This document shows, in pieces, positions 55,219-64,000 of a stretch of DNA of 64,000 bases; position 1 is the stretch's first letter; each line of letters begins with the position of its first letter. The notes beneath the pieces were generated by a model, which worked only from the letters and a program-made list of their open reading frames with translations, had not been told where the DNA came from and ran no database searches. The translations under genes and the position numbers were made by a program. Origin of the DNA: an uncultured Bacteroidota bacterium (GTDB lineage Bacteria; Bacteroidota; Bacteroidia; Flavobacteriales; Flavobacteriaceae); assembly GCA_902546095.1 (NCBI GenBank), contig CACCIQ010000004.1, forward strand, positions 4,268-68,267, read 5' to 3'.

Positions 55219-55599
55219 ATGAAAAAAATTATAAAAACTGATAAAGCTCCCTTACCTGTGGGGCCATACAACCAGGCTATACTGGTTGATAAAACACTTT
55301 ATATTTCTGGTCAAGTTGCGATAAATCCAGAAAATAATGAGGTAATTAAAGGTTCAGTTGAAGATGCAACCAAGTTAATTATGAAAAATATTCAATCTAT
55401 TTTAGATGAGGCTGGGTTTAATTTTAAAGATGTAGTGCGCTCAAAAATCTATCTTACTGATATGAATAATTTCTCAAAAGTTAATGCAATCTATGGATCA
55501 TATTTTGAAAAAAATTACGAACCAGCTAGAACAACAATTGAGGTTAGTGGTTTACCTTTAGGTGTTGATGTAGAGATAGATATGATTGCTGTAAACTAG
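55219..55599 (+). CDS. ridA: RidA family reactive-intermediate deaminase (YjgF/L-PSP)
   Basis: 126 aa. APLPVGPYNQAI..., ISGQ and PARTTIEVSGLPLGVDVEID. Confidence 0.9.
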   Translation: MKKIIKTDKAPLPVGPYNQAILVDKTLYISGQVAINPENNEVIKGSVEDATKLIMKNIQSILDEAGFNFKDVVRSKIYLTDMNNFSKVNAIYGSYFEKNYEPARTTIEVSGLPLGVDVEIDMIAVN

Positions 55600-56447
55600 A
55601 TATTTTCTAAATGGTAATTAACTAAACCATCAATGGGTTTTCTCAATACTTTACCAATGTTCATTTTCTTGGATTCTAAAACTTCTGCAAGCTCTTCCTT
55701 CAAATAAAAACCAATAGATCCTATGAAATGTAAAGGCACTTCTCTACAATCAGAAAACTGTTCTATTTGATTTGAAATGAATAGACTAAATCCTTTTCTA
55801 ATTAACTTTTTAAAATATGGTAATTCTTTATTGTCAATTACAAACCTTCCAAATTTTGCTAAATATGTATTGGGATTTGGTCTTTTATAGATATGATCCT
55901 TAATTGTATTAGATTGCATATCAAACGACTTACTAATGCTCTTTTGAACAGATAAAGGCATTTTGTCAAAATAGTAATCTCTTATTAATTGTCTACCAAA
56001 ATAATTTCCACTGGCATCATCCATTAAAACATATCCTAAAGAATCAACTTTTTGTAAAATGTTTTTACCATCATAATAGGTACAATTAGATCCTGTTCCC
56101 AATATAGACGTAATTGATTTGATTCCAGGTTCACACGTTGCATATATAGCAGCATATGTATCCTCTTTAATATCAATTAATGAATTAATAAATATTCTTT
56201 CAAAGACTTTCTTTATGAGTTTCCTTGGAGATTCAGTTCCACAACCAGCACCATAGAAATATAAGTGAGAAATTTTTTTTCTTTTTTGGTAAAGATCAAA
56301 ATTATTTATTACTCTCTCTTCAATAATTTGTTCTGTCAATACTTGAGGATTTAATCCTTTTGTCTGAGTATCAAATAAAACCTCACCCTTATCATTGATA
56401 CATATCCAATCGGTCTTTGTAGATCCACTGTCAACAATTAATCTCAT
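55596..56447 (-). CDS. BadF/BadG/BcrA/BcrD-type ATPase, N-acetylglucosamine kinase-like
   Basis: 283 aa. MRLIVDSGSTKTDW phosphate-1 motif and ILGTGSN. Confidence 0.7.
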   Translation of the reverse strand: MRLIVDSGSTKTDWICINDKGEVLFDTQTKGLNPQVLTEQIIEERVINNFDLYQKRKKISHLYFYGAGCGTESPRKLIKKVFERIFINSLIDIKEDTYAAIYATCEPGIKSITSILGTGSNCTYYDGKNILQKVDSLGYVLMDDASGNYFGRQLIRDYYFDKMPLSVQKSISKSFDMQSNTIKDHIYKRPNPNTYLAKFGRFVIDNKELPYFKKLIRKGFSLFISNQIEQFSDCREVPLHFIGSIGFYLKEELAEVLESKKMNIGKVLRKPIDGLVNYHLENI

Positions 56448-56452
56448 TTAAT

Positions 56453-57451
56453 TTATTTGCAGAAATGAGTTGCTAAATCTAAAAGTTTGCTTGAATAACC
56501 AGCCTCATTGTCATACCAAGTAATAATTTTATAAAACTTAGAATTTAATTGAATACCTGCTTTAGAATCAATAATCGAAGTTCTAACATCTCCTATAAAA
56601 TCTTGAGAAACAACATCATCTGATGAAAACCCTAAAATGTTTTTCAACTCACCTTTAGACGCAATTTCCATTGTGTTCATAATTTCCTCATAAGATGTTT
56701 CTTTTAATAATTTTACAGTTAAATCGACAACAGAAACATTTGCAGTTGGGACCCTAAATGCCATACCTGTAATCTTACCCTCTAGAGATGGAATAACCTT
56801 AGTTACAGCTTTTGCTGCGCCTGTTGAGGCAGGAATTATGTTAAGTAATGAACTCCTTCCAGCTCTAAAGTCTTTTTTTGAAGGTCCATCAACTGTAAAT
56901 TGGGTGGCAGTTACAGCATGAACCGTAGTCATAAGTGCTTCTTCAACACCAAAATTATCATTTAAAACTTTTATTGGAGGCGCTAGACAGTTAGTTGTAC
57001 AACTCGCATTAGAAATAATTAAATCATTTTTGTTTATAGTTTCGTGATTTACTCCCATTACAAACATGGGTGCGTCCTTAGATGGGGCAGAAATCACAAC
57101 TTTGGGGGCACCACCATCGATGTGATATTTAGCTGTTTCTAGCGTTGTAAAAATGCCCGTACATTCTAAGACTACATCAACCCCTAGATTATCCCAGCCT
57201 ATTAGTTTAGGGTCTTTTTCAGACGTTATTTGAATTTTTTGACCATCAATATTCAAACTATTTCCCTCAATAGAAATATTACTATTAATTTTTCCATGTA
57301 CAGAGTCATACTTTAATAAATACGCCAAATGATTAATATCCAAAAGATCATTGATTGCGATAACTTCTAAATCAGTTCTTGCTAGAGAAAGTCTCAAAAC
57401 CATTCTTCCAATTCTACCAAATCCGTTAATTCCAATTTTAATTTTTCTCAT
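56453..57451 (-). CDS. gap: glyceraldehyde-3-phosphate dehydrogenase (type I)
   Basis: 332 aa. INGFGRIGR, active site [12 protein letters not shown] and WYDNEAGYS. Confidence 0.95.
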   Translation of the reverse strand: MRKIKIGINGFGRIGRMVLRLSLARTDLEVIAINDLLDINHLAYLLKYDSVHGKINSNISIEGNSLNIDGQKIQITSEKDPKLIGWDNLGVDVVLECTGIFTTLETAKYHIDGGAPKVVISAPSKDAPMFVMGVNHETINKNDLIISNASCTTNCLAPPIKVLNDNFGVEEALMTTVHAVTATQFTVDGPSKKDFRAGRSSLLNIIPASTGAAKAVTKVIPSLEGKITGMAFRVPTANVSVVDLTVKLLKETSYEEIMNTMEIASKGELKNILGFSSDDVVSQDFIGDVRTSIIDSKAGIQLNSKFYKIITWYDNEAGYSSKLLDLATHFCK

Positions 57452-57463
57452 CTATTTTAAAAT

Positions 57464-58438
57464 TTAAGTGTTCATAATTTGAGATATTCTCAATAATTCC
57501 TTGTTAATCTTACTTTTTCCTTTTAAGGCTTTATCTAAGGGAGTAAAAATGATTTTCCCATTATCTATACCTACCATATTGCCATCATTACCCTCAATTA
57601 AGCTTTCTACAGCTTTTACGCCAAGCTGAGTGCCTAAAACTCTATCAAAACATGATGGTGTACCTCCTCTTTGAATATGACCAAGGACAGATACTCTAGT
57701 TTCATATTTAGGCAATGTTTCCTCGATCTTTGATGCTAATTCAAAAACATTTTTTCCTGTTTTATCACCTTCTGCTACTACGATAATACTTGATGTTTTT
57801 CCAGATTTTTTACTTTTTTTCAATGAATTAATAAGATTTTCAAAGCTCATGTTAACTTCAGGAATTAAAATTTCTTGAGCACCTATAGCTAATCCAGAAT
57901 TTAAGGCAATATATCCAGCATCTGCACCCATAACCTCAACCAAAAACAATCTATGATGTGAAATGGCTGTATCCCTTATTTTATCAATAGCATCCATAAC
58001 AGTGTTCAAAGCTGTATCATATCCTAATGTGTGTGATGTACCATGTAAGTCGTTATCAATTGTTCCTGGAATTCCAACAACAGGAAAGTTAAACTCTTGC
58101 TTTAGCTTTAAAGCACCTGTAAATGATCCATCGCCACCAATTACAATCAATCCATCAATTTCATTATCTTTTAGATTCTTATGTGCAATCTTTCGTCCCT
58201 CGGCCGTCTTAAATTCATTGCATCTTGCAGAATATAAAAAAGTGCCTCCCCTATTAATAATTCCCCTGACGCTTCTAGTGCTTAATACTTTTGTATTATT
58301 TTCAATTAAACCAGAAAAACCTCTTATTATCCCAATACATTTAATTTGATAATGAGCACATGCTCTAACAACTGCTCTAATTGAAGAATTCATTCCAGGT
58401 GAATCACCACCAGAGGTTAGTACAGCTATTGTTTTCAT
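57464..58438 (-). CDS. pfkA: ATP-dependent 6-phosphofructokinase
   Basis: MKTIAVLTSGGDSPGMN, IGGDGS and GIPGTIDND motifs. ATG at 58438 is preferred to the track start at 58450. Confidence 0.95.
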   Translation of the reverse strand: MKTIAVLTSGGDSPGMNSSIRAVVRACAHYQIKCIGIIRGFSGLIENNTKVLSTRSVRGIINRGGTFLYSARCNEFKTAEGRKIAHKNLKDNEIDGLIVIGGDGSFTGALKLKQEFNFPVVGIPGTIDNDLHGTSHTLGYDTALNTVMDAIDKIRDTAISHHRLFLVEVMGADAGYIALNSGLAIGAQEILIPEVNMSFENLINSLKKSKKSGKTSSIIVVAEGDKTGKNVFELASKIEETLPKYETRVSVLGHIQRGGTPSCFDRVLGTQLGVKAVESLIEGNDGNMVGIDNGKIIFTPLDKALKGKSKINKELLRISQIMNT

Positions 58439-58483
58439 AACGAGTTGCAAAATTACGTTATATTTTTAAAAATTGAAGAACTA

Positions 58484-59620
58484 TTACTCTAATTCCAACC
58501 AAATATTACCATTTTCATTAGACTTTACTGCTTTTTCAATAAAGTCCATTCCTCTAACACCTTCTTCAATAGTAGGAAATTCACCTTTTTCATTTTTTTC
58601 TCCTCTTATCGCTCTAGCAACACCTCTGTAAATGTTACCCATAGCGTCGAAGATACCTTCTGGATGTCCAGCAGGTAATTTTGTTCCATCTAAAGATATT
58701 TTTGAATTGTACGGATGTCCTGGTTTTAGAACCTGTAAAGGTTTATCATTAGTATAATAATATAAATAGTTAGGGTTTTCTTGCTCCCAAGAGAGTGATC
58801 CCTTGGATCCATATACACTAATATTTAAATTATTTTCAAAGCCAGTAGCTATTTGAGTTGAGCGAATTGTTCCTTTACACCCATTTTCCATTCTTACAAG
58901 AACACTAACATCAATATCCAATGGATTATCTTCATATAAATTATTTAAATCAGCAAGTATTTTTTTTACCTTCATTCCACAAACTAACTCTAGCATGTTA
59001 AAAGCATGAGTTCCAATGTCTGCAAGACATGAACTTATTCCACTTACTTCAGGATTTAATCTCCAAGTTGAATTCCTTTTGTCTTTGTCATGAATAATAT
59101 CATTAATCCATCCTTGAAAATAAGTAGAATCTACCCTCTGTATATCTCCAATAATACCCTCAGATATCATTTTAGTCATTTGCCTAACCATTGGATATCC
59201 GGTATAAGTATGAGTTACTGCAAAAACTAAATTTTTTGAATCTTTTATAGATTTTAATTCTTGAGCTTGCTTTAATGAAATTGAAAGTGGTTTTTCACAA
59301 ATTACATGAAATCCATTCTCGAGGAATTTTTTTGCCATCGGAAAATGCAAAAAGTTTGGAGTCAAAATACAAACAGCCTCAATTTTATCGGACAAATCAA
59401 CTTTTGACTCAGCATCAATCATTTCTTCAAAATCATTATATATTCTTGATTGGTCTAAACCCAAATCATCTGCAGTTTTAACATTTACATCTTTATTTGA
59501 ACTAAACACACCTCCAACTAAATGATACCTGTCAAACATTACTGCAGCTACTTTATGCAGCACGCCTATTAGAGAATCATTACCCCCTCCTACAAATCCA
59601 AGCTTAATTTTATTAGACAT
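58484..59620 (-). CDS. Gfo/Idh/MocA-family NAD(P)-dependent oxidoreductase
   Basis: 378 aa. N-terminal Rossmann fold (KLGFVGGGNDSLIG) and the EKP motif (VICEKPLS). Confidence 0.8.
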   Translation of the reverse strand: MSNKIKLGFVGGGNDSLIGVLHKVAAVMFDRYHLVGGVFSSNKDVNVKTADDLGLDQSRIYNDFEEMIDAESKVDLSDKIEAVCILTPNFLHFPMAKKFLENGFHVICEKPLSISLKQAQELKSIKDSKNLVFAVTHTYTGYPMVRQMTKMISEGIIGDIQRVDSTYFQGWINDIIHDKDKRNSTWRLNPEVSGISSCLADIGTHAFNMLELVCGMKVKKILADLNNLYEDNPLDIDVSVLVRMENGCKGTIRSTQIATGFENNLNISVYGSKGSLSWEQENPNYLYYYTNDKPLQVLKPGHPYNSKISLDGTKLPAGHPEGIFDAMGNIYRGVARAIRGEKNEKGEFPTIEEGVRGMDFIEKAVKSNENGNIWLELE

Positions 59621-60833
59621 TACTATATCTTATTTTTTCTAATTTTTTTCTGTTCAAATATAGAATACCAAAGAATAAAATTAATATTAGAGGAAAGTAT
59701 GTGATATTCCCAAGTGTAGCTTTTCCTGCCGTAATCTCAGCTAAATCTTGTGCAAGACCAGATTCTAATGCTAGTTGAGTGTTTTCATCTATCCAGGAAC
59801 CTATGACAGGTTGCCATATTCCTGTAGCAAACATACCCATTCCACCAACTAGTGACATACCTAAAGCACCAGTTTTAGGTAAATATTCAGAGACAAAACC
59901 AATCATTGTTGGCCAGAAATAGCAAACTCCAAATGCAAACAAGATAGAAACAAAGTATAAGGATGTACCATCAACAATTGACATTAAATATATGGCTAGG
60001 GTTGAAATTATTGCTGACATAAATAATACTCCTACTGGATTTAATTTATGAACTATTGGTCCAGCAAAATATCTGCCAACAGCCATAACTCCAGTGACCA
60101 TGGCTAAAATTAACATTGGACTAGCTCCAGATTTATCTAGCAAAGGAACTAACCATTGTTGAGTTCCCAGCTCAGTTACTGCAGTTAAAGTCATACAAGC
60201 AGCAATAAAAAGGAATAATGGAGTGAACAATGATTTAATGTTTAATCCAGTATTTGTTTCAATATTTTCAGACTTGGGAAATATAGACTTATAAAACATG
60301 TAGCCATAAATTAGAGTTGGTAATATCATTGTAGCAATCTTAAGTTGCCAACCCACTGACATAAAATTCAATAACTCAACTGCTAATGACCCGACAACAA
60401 TACCACCAGGAAACCATACATGAAACTTATTTAACATAGTTGTTCTATTATTGGAGTACATGTCAGCTATAAGAGGGTTACATGCAGCCTCGACAGAACC
60501 ATTTGCAAAACCAATCAAGAATGAAGAAATTAAAAGTGTTGTAAATCCATCTGCATAAATTGTCATCACAAGACCGATTAAATGAGAAAGAAAAGCGGCA
60601 ACCAAAAGTTTCTTTGGACCAAAATAATTATATAAAAGTCCACCAAAAATTGTAGCAACTGGGAACCCCCAAAAAGCCATTAAATTAATCCATCCTAATT
60701 CTTTATTATTTAAATTAAAATCAACACCAAGCTCAACTAGAATACCTGCCCTAATAGCAAAGGTCATAGCAGTAACTGTTAGTGCAATACAAGAAGCATT
60801 AAATAATGCTTTTTTTGAAATATTAGTTTCCAT
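59613..60833 (-). CDS. MFS transporter (sugar porter-like, FucP/GluP-type)
   Basis: 406 aa with about 12 TM helices. 8-nt overlap with the downstream oxidoreductase gene. Confidence 0.7.
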   Translation of the reverse strand: METNISKKALFNASCIALTVTAMTFAIRAGILVELGVDFNLNNKELGWINLMAFWGFPVATIFGGLLYNYFGPKKLLVAAFLSHLIGLVMTIYADGFTTLLISSFLIGFANGSVEAACNPLIADMYSNNRTTMLNKFHVWFPGGIVVGSLAVELLNFMSVGWQLKIATMILPTLIYGYMFYKSIFPKSENIETNTGLNIKSLFTPLFLFIAACMTLTAVTELGTQQWLVPLLDKSGASPMLILAMVTGVMAVGRYFAGPIVHKLNPVGVLFMSAIISTLAIYLMSIVDGTSLYFVSILFAFGVCYFWPTMIGFVSEYLPKTGALGMSLVGGMGMFATGIWQPVIGSWIDENTQLALESGLAQDLAEITAGKATLGNITYFPLILILFFGILYLNRKKLEKIRYSNV

Positions 60834-60869
60834 TATTTTGGTTTTAGTTGTTATTGATAAATATATAAA

Positions 60870-63800
60870 TTATTTCTCTTTATTTTTTTTTCTTATTTTG
60901 GAAATTAACTCTGAGAAAGTGTCAAATTCAACATCATATGAAATTCCAAAACCTTGAGTGTAACCAATTTCATCTCCAAAAAATTGATATTCATTCTCCT
61001 TATTAAAAATTCTTGCCTTTAAACTACCTGAATCATTTAATAAAAACTCAATTTGTACATCACCTAAAATAATATTTTCCTCCGTTCCACTTACAGGAAC
61101 TCCAATTTTTCCATTAATTAATATTCTATCACTAATTTCACTTTGCAATGAAAGTCCTATCCTATCACGATTTAATAAACTTGATGAGGAAAATCTGTCA
61201 CCCTGAGAATAATTTATTCCAACATTCATCTTATCTTCTGGGTTTGTGAAAATTTCATCAATAATCCCTGATGCTCTTTGAAAAAGATTATTAGTAATTG
61301 TTTGAGATGAAACCAAAGTATTGTTGCCACTTTCTGTAAAAAAACCTTGACTTATCAATGATATAGCCTGAGTTTGTTTCTTTTCGTAGTCATTCAAATA
61401 ATAGTCTAATTCAGACTTTATAGAACCTCTAGTGTTTGGAAATAAAATTTCAAACTTTGGTGTCTGTAAATTTGATAGCTCCCCAGATAAAAGGATATTA
61501 ACCAATGTAGGAATTTTTCTGTTGAAAGACGCATTCTGTATAAGTGGAGCAGGATTTGCACCACCAGGAACATCATATATTGCCTCAGCATTAATAATTC
61601 CTTTATAGGGATCACCATCCCATGAGATGTTTGCTCCTTTTTTAATATCAAAAATTCTTTCAACTATGCCAAAATTTTTATAGTGATACTTGCCAACTTC
61701 AGTTGTAAAATCACCTATTATATTAAAATTACCTGAGTAATCAGACTCAAATCTAAAATCACCTTCACCCCTACCTGAAAGCTTAGAACCACTACTTTCA
61801 TCAAAAATAATTTCTAATTCTGCCTTGTTATTAAGTTGGAGGTCAATAAAAACCTCTAGGCCTTGATTAATTAAATTTGAATTAGTATTAATATCAGATG
61901 AAAATTTTAGATAAGAAAGGCTACCCACTCCATCATCATATTTGATTGGAATTGTAATTTTTGTATTATCATTTGAAGATCCATTAATATTTATGTCTAA
62001 ATCTTTTCCAGGTCCATAAAATTCGGCATATCCATCAAACATGCCCTGCCCATAATAAAAGTCATTTTGATCTTTCTTTGTATTTATGGCTAAAAGATTT
62101 TCCGATGAAATTTGAAAATCTAAAAACCAATCTTTTAGACGATCATGATTAATTTTTCCATCCAAAATTCCAAAACTGTTCATTTGAGTATCTTGTATTT
62201 TAAAATTATCCATATATATAGACATCTCGTCAAGAATAAAAGATGGGTTTTCTGGGAAACTATATCTGACTCCAAGGTATGGAACATCAAAACTGGAATT
62301 ATTTGCCTTAATATATCCCTTGAAATTTGGTTTGTAAAATGACCCAGTAACAGTAAAATTAGAATCAAAATATCCTTTAAAATTTTGCAGGACATTCTCA
62401 CCAATTGCAGAAAATGGACTAATTAAAAATTTATTAGTTCTTACATTCAAAGCAAGTGGATAATCATTATTACTGATTTTAAAAAATCCGCTTACATCAA
62501 AAGTTTTTAATTTTTGATTAATGATAGTAAATTCAAGGTTGTATTTATCTTTCGAGTCACTATTTTTAATATTTAATAGGCCATCACCTAATATTTGACC
62601 ATTTGAGGAGAAATTTTTAAGTAATATCTCAGAATTACTCAAATAAACTTCGCTCCTTTTAGATAATGAAATGTTTCCATTAACAATACCTTCGTACAAA
62701 ATATTTTTTGGCTTAGGTATTATAGATGAAAAACGAACATTTTGAAAAATTGAATCAAAATCAAACTCATCTTTATTATTTAAGTATTTAAATTCAATGA
62801 CTTGATCCTCGGATTTGATCTTGGTTGATTTTAGCTCTTGATATTCATCACTTAAAATAAGAACATTATCATCTTTTTTTAATGATTCTAATAAAACCCA
62901 TTTATTATTGTTGTAATCGAAAGAAAGATCTAAAAATGAGAAGACAGATCTTTGATTCTTATCCAAAGAATGATTAAAATTTATTTTATTATTTCCACTT
63001 TCAGAATTAAAATTTATATAAAAATCTGTTTTATCATCTGAAAATTTAGAATTGACTTTAATTTTTGTTCCATTTAATAATTTAGATTGAAATTCGGCAA
63101 AAGATGCATTCACTGCATTATCATTAATTTTCAAATTAATATTATTTAGAGTTAAATCCTTTGATTTAAAGTGTGGAGTTGAGAAAACAAGTTCATACGC
63201 TCCATCAAGATTAAAATCTCCCCGAATAAATGTGTTTTCATCAATTATAATATCGCTATTAAGGACACTAGCTATTTTTGGCTTTAAGTTTAAATTAAAA
63301 CTTAGGTCAGTCAAAAAAAGTTTATCATTAGGATTAAAATTATTATACCTGAGTAAAAAATAGTTCTCTAAAATTTTAGGTAACTCAAAAAAATCCAAAT
63401 CACCTATGATTATACCACTAAGTGCATCAGGGGAATTTAAATTATAAAATCTGATATCATTATTTATTCTGGATTGGGCAACTAATTCATCAAAAAAATA
63501 CTTGTTATCCTTTGAACCATAAACGAAATCTTTGAATGAAATATCTCCAATTAAAGTGGAAATAGAATTTCCTCTAAGTTTTGTATTTATTTTTCCGCTT
63601 AAAAAATTGTCATTAATTGCTAAATTTAATTTACCAAGATTAGCATTAACAATATTTGTTGAAAAATCGAAATCAATTAGTTCGTCAGAATAATCAATCA
63701 AACCTGTGAAATCAAGATTGATATTTTGATCATTAACATTGATTTTTCCATTAAACACCTTGTCACTTACATTACCAAATACGTCAATATTTTGATATTC

Positions 63801-64000
63801 ATATCCATTTACAATGATAGTCTTTACCTTCCCCTCGAGATTAGAATCCAAAAACTGGGGAACAAATCCTTTTCCATCTATTGTGAATTCAAAATTGGAT
63901 TTGCCAAGAAAAGGGATTGAAATAAAATTTGAAAGGTCAATTTTATCACCCTTAAATACTCCAGCGTAACTTGCGTTATCAATATTTTCAAATTCTGAAA
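60870..64000 (-). CDS. tamB: translocation/assembly module TamB-like protein, C-terminal part (gene continues past the right edge)
   Basis: More than 1040 codons, rich in beta-strand-like repeats (Asn/Ser/Phe/Ile). By hand translation the frame stays open from the track start (TTG at 63851) to position 64000. The size and C-terminal region are DUF490-like. Confidence 0.6.
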   Translation of the reverse strand, partial: SEFENIDNASYAGVFKGDKIDLSNFISIPFLGKSNFEFTIDGKGFVPQFLDSNLEGKVKTIIVNGYEYQNIDVFGNVSDKVFNGKINVNDQNINLDFTGLIDYSDELIDFDFSTNIVNANLGKLNLAINDNFLSGKINTKLRGNSISTLIGDISFKDFVYGSKDNKYFFDELVAQSRINNDIRFYNLNSPDALSGIIIGDLDFFELPKILENYFLLRYNNFNPNDKLFLTDLSFNLNLKPKIASVLNSDIIIDENTFIRGDFNLDGAYELVFSTPHFKSKDLTLNNINLKINDNAVNASFAEFQSKLLNGTKIKVNSKFSDDKTDFYINFNSESGNNKINFNHSLDKNQRSVFSFLDLSFDYNNNKWVLLESLKKDDNVLILSDEYQELKSTKIKSEDQVIEFKYLNNKDEFDFDSIFQNVRFSSIIPKPKNILYEGIVNGNISLSKRSEVYLSNSEILLKNFSSNGQILGDGLLNIKNSDSKDKYNLEFTIINQKLKTFDVSGFFKISNNDYPLALNVRTNKFLISPFSAIGENVLQNFKGYFDSNFTVTGSFYKPNFKGYIKANNSSFDVPYLGVRYSFPENPSFILDEMSIYMDNFKIQDTQMNSFGILDGKINHDRLKDWFLDFQISSENLLAINTKKDQNDFYYGQGMFDGYAEFYGPGKDLDININGSSNDNTKITIPIKYDDGVGSLSYLKFSSDINTNSNLINQGLEVFIDLQLNNKAELEIIFDESSGSKLSGRGEGDFRFESDYSGNFNIIGDFTTEVGKYHYKNFGIVERIFDIKKGANISWDGDPYKGIINAEAIYDVPGGANPAPLIQNASFNRKIPTLVNILLSGELSNLQTPKFEILFPNTRGSIKSELDYYLNDYEKKQTQAISLISQGFFTESGNNTLVSSQTITNNLFQRASGIIDEIFTNPEDKMNVGINYSQGDRFSSSSLLNRDRIGLSLQSEISDRILINGKIGVPVSGTEENIILGDVQIEFLLNDSGSLKARIFNKENEYQFFGDEIGYTQGFGISYDVEFDTFSELISKIRKKNKEK

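Noticed and set aside
57963-58349. Long antisense ORFs inside well-supported genes. Examples are 128 aa opposite pfkA, 118 aa at 18874-19230 opposite ychF, 117 aa at 54918-55271, 112 aa at 34990-35328 opposite nth, and 89 aa at 6739-7008 opposite tsaE.
   Set aside because: Each lies wholly or almost wholly within a gene with strong family motifs on the other strand. The translations are low-complexity (Ser/Phe/Leu/Ile-rich) with no recognisable domain. They look like the usual shadow ORFs of the codon-complement frame.
1-64000. Search by eye for CRISPR arrays, rRNA/tRNA genes, IS elements, integrases and long direct or inverted repeats.
   Set aside because: None found. Apart from 12911-13242 and 36683-36846, all intergenic gaps are too short (under about 90 bp). 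The only large-scale repeat is the diverged DUF5916 gene duplication. A computational repeat or tRNA scan would be needed for certainty.

Overview
AT-rich chromosomal segment. My hand counts on sample 60-nt lines give about 13-25 % GC, except in one island. It looks like the core genome of a streamlined Flavobacteriia (Bacteroidota) organism. Lineage markers seen are a fused lpxC/fabZ, a SusC/SusD pair, bshA, TAnnTTTG -7 promoter boxes, and the cluster fabG-sucD-efp-lpxA-lpxC/fabZ-lpxD. There are about 55 tightly packed protein genes, many with 1-11 nt start/stop overlaps. They cover lipid A synthesis, topoisomerase IV (parE/parC), ppc, serC/serA, glycolysis (pfkA/gap), envelope biogenesis (MlaD, amidase, LptD-like, TamB), peptidoglycan recycling (GH3) and redox defence (msrA, bcp, bshA). 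I saw no rRNA, tRNA, CRISPR array, transposase, integrase or obvious defence island. The only intergenic gap over 170 bp is 12911-13242. I therefore cannot point to a clear-cut new system. The items most worth a second look are listed here.
- A GH3 gene and a beta-lactamase-fold gene look like one gene interrupted at an A10 tract.
- The SusC/SusD pair has a sharply different composition and no CAZyme or regulator partner.
- Two diverged tandem DUF5916-like outer-membrane paralogs each keep their own -7 box, and the second is translationally coupled to an orphan ABC ATPase and a TIGR02757 protein.
- The TIGR02757 protein carries an HhH-GPD-like motif.
- A dihydroorotase-like protein lacks the HxH metal ligands.
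- The endonuclease III homolog has no cysteine at all.
- Paired TTTACA-N2-TGTAmA palindromes lie in the long divergent Lrp/XRE control region.
- A membrane HdrD/DsrMK-like Fe-S module sits in one overlapping gene string with the GH3 gene and bshA.
All functional calls come from reading the translated ORFs by eye. No database search was run.
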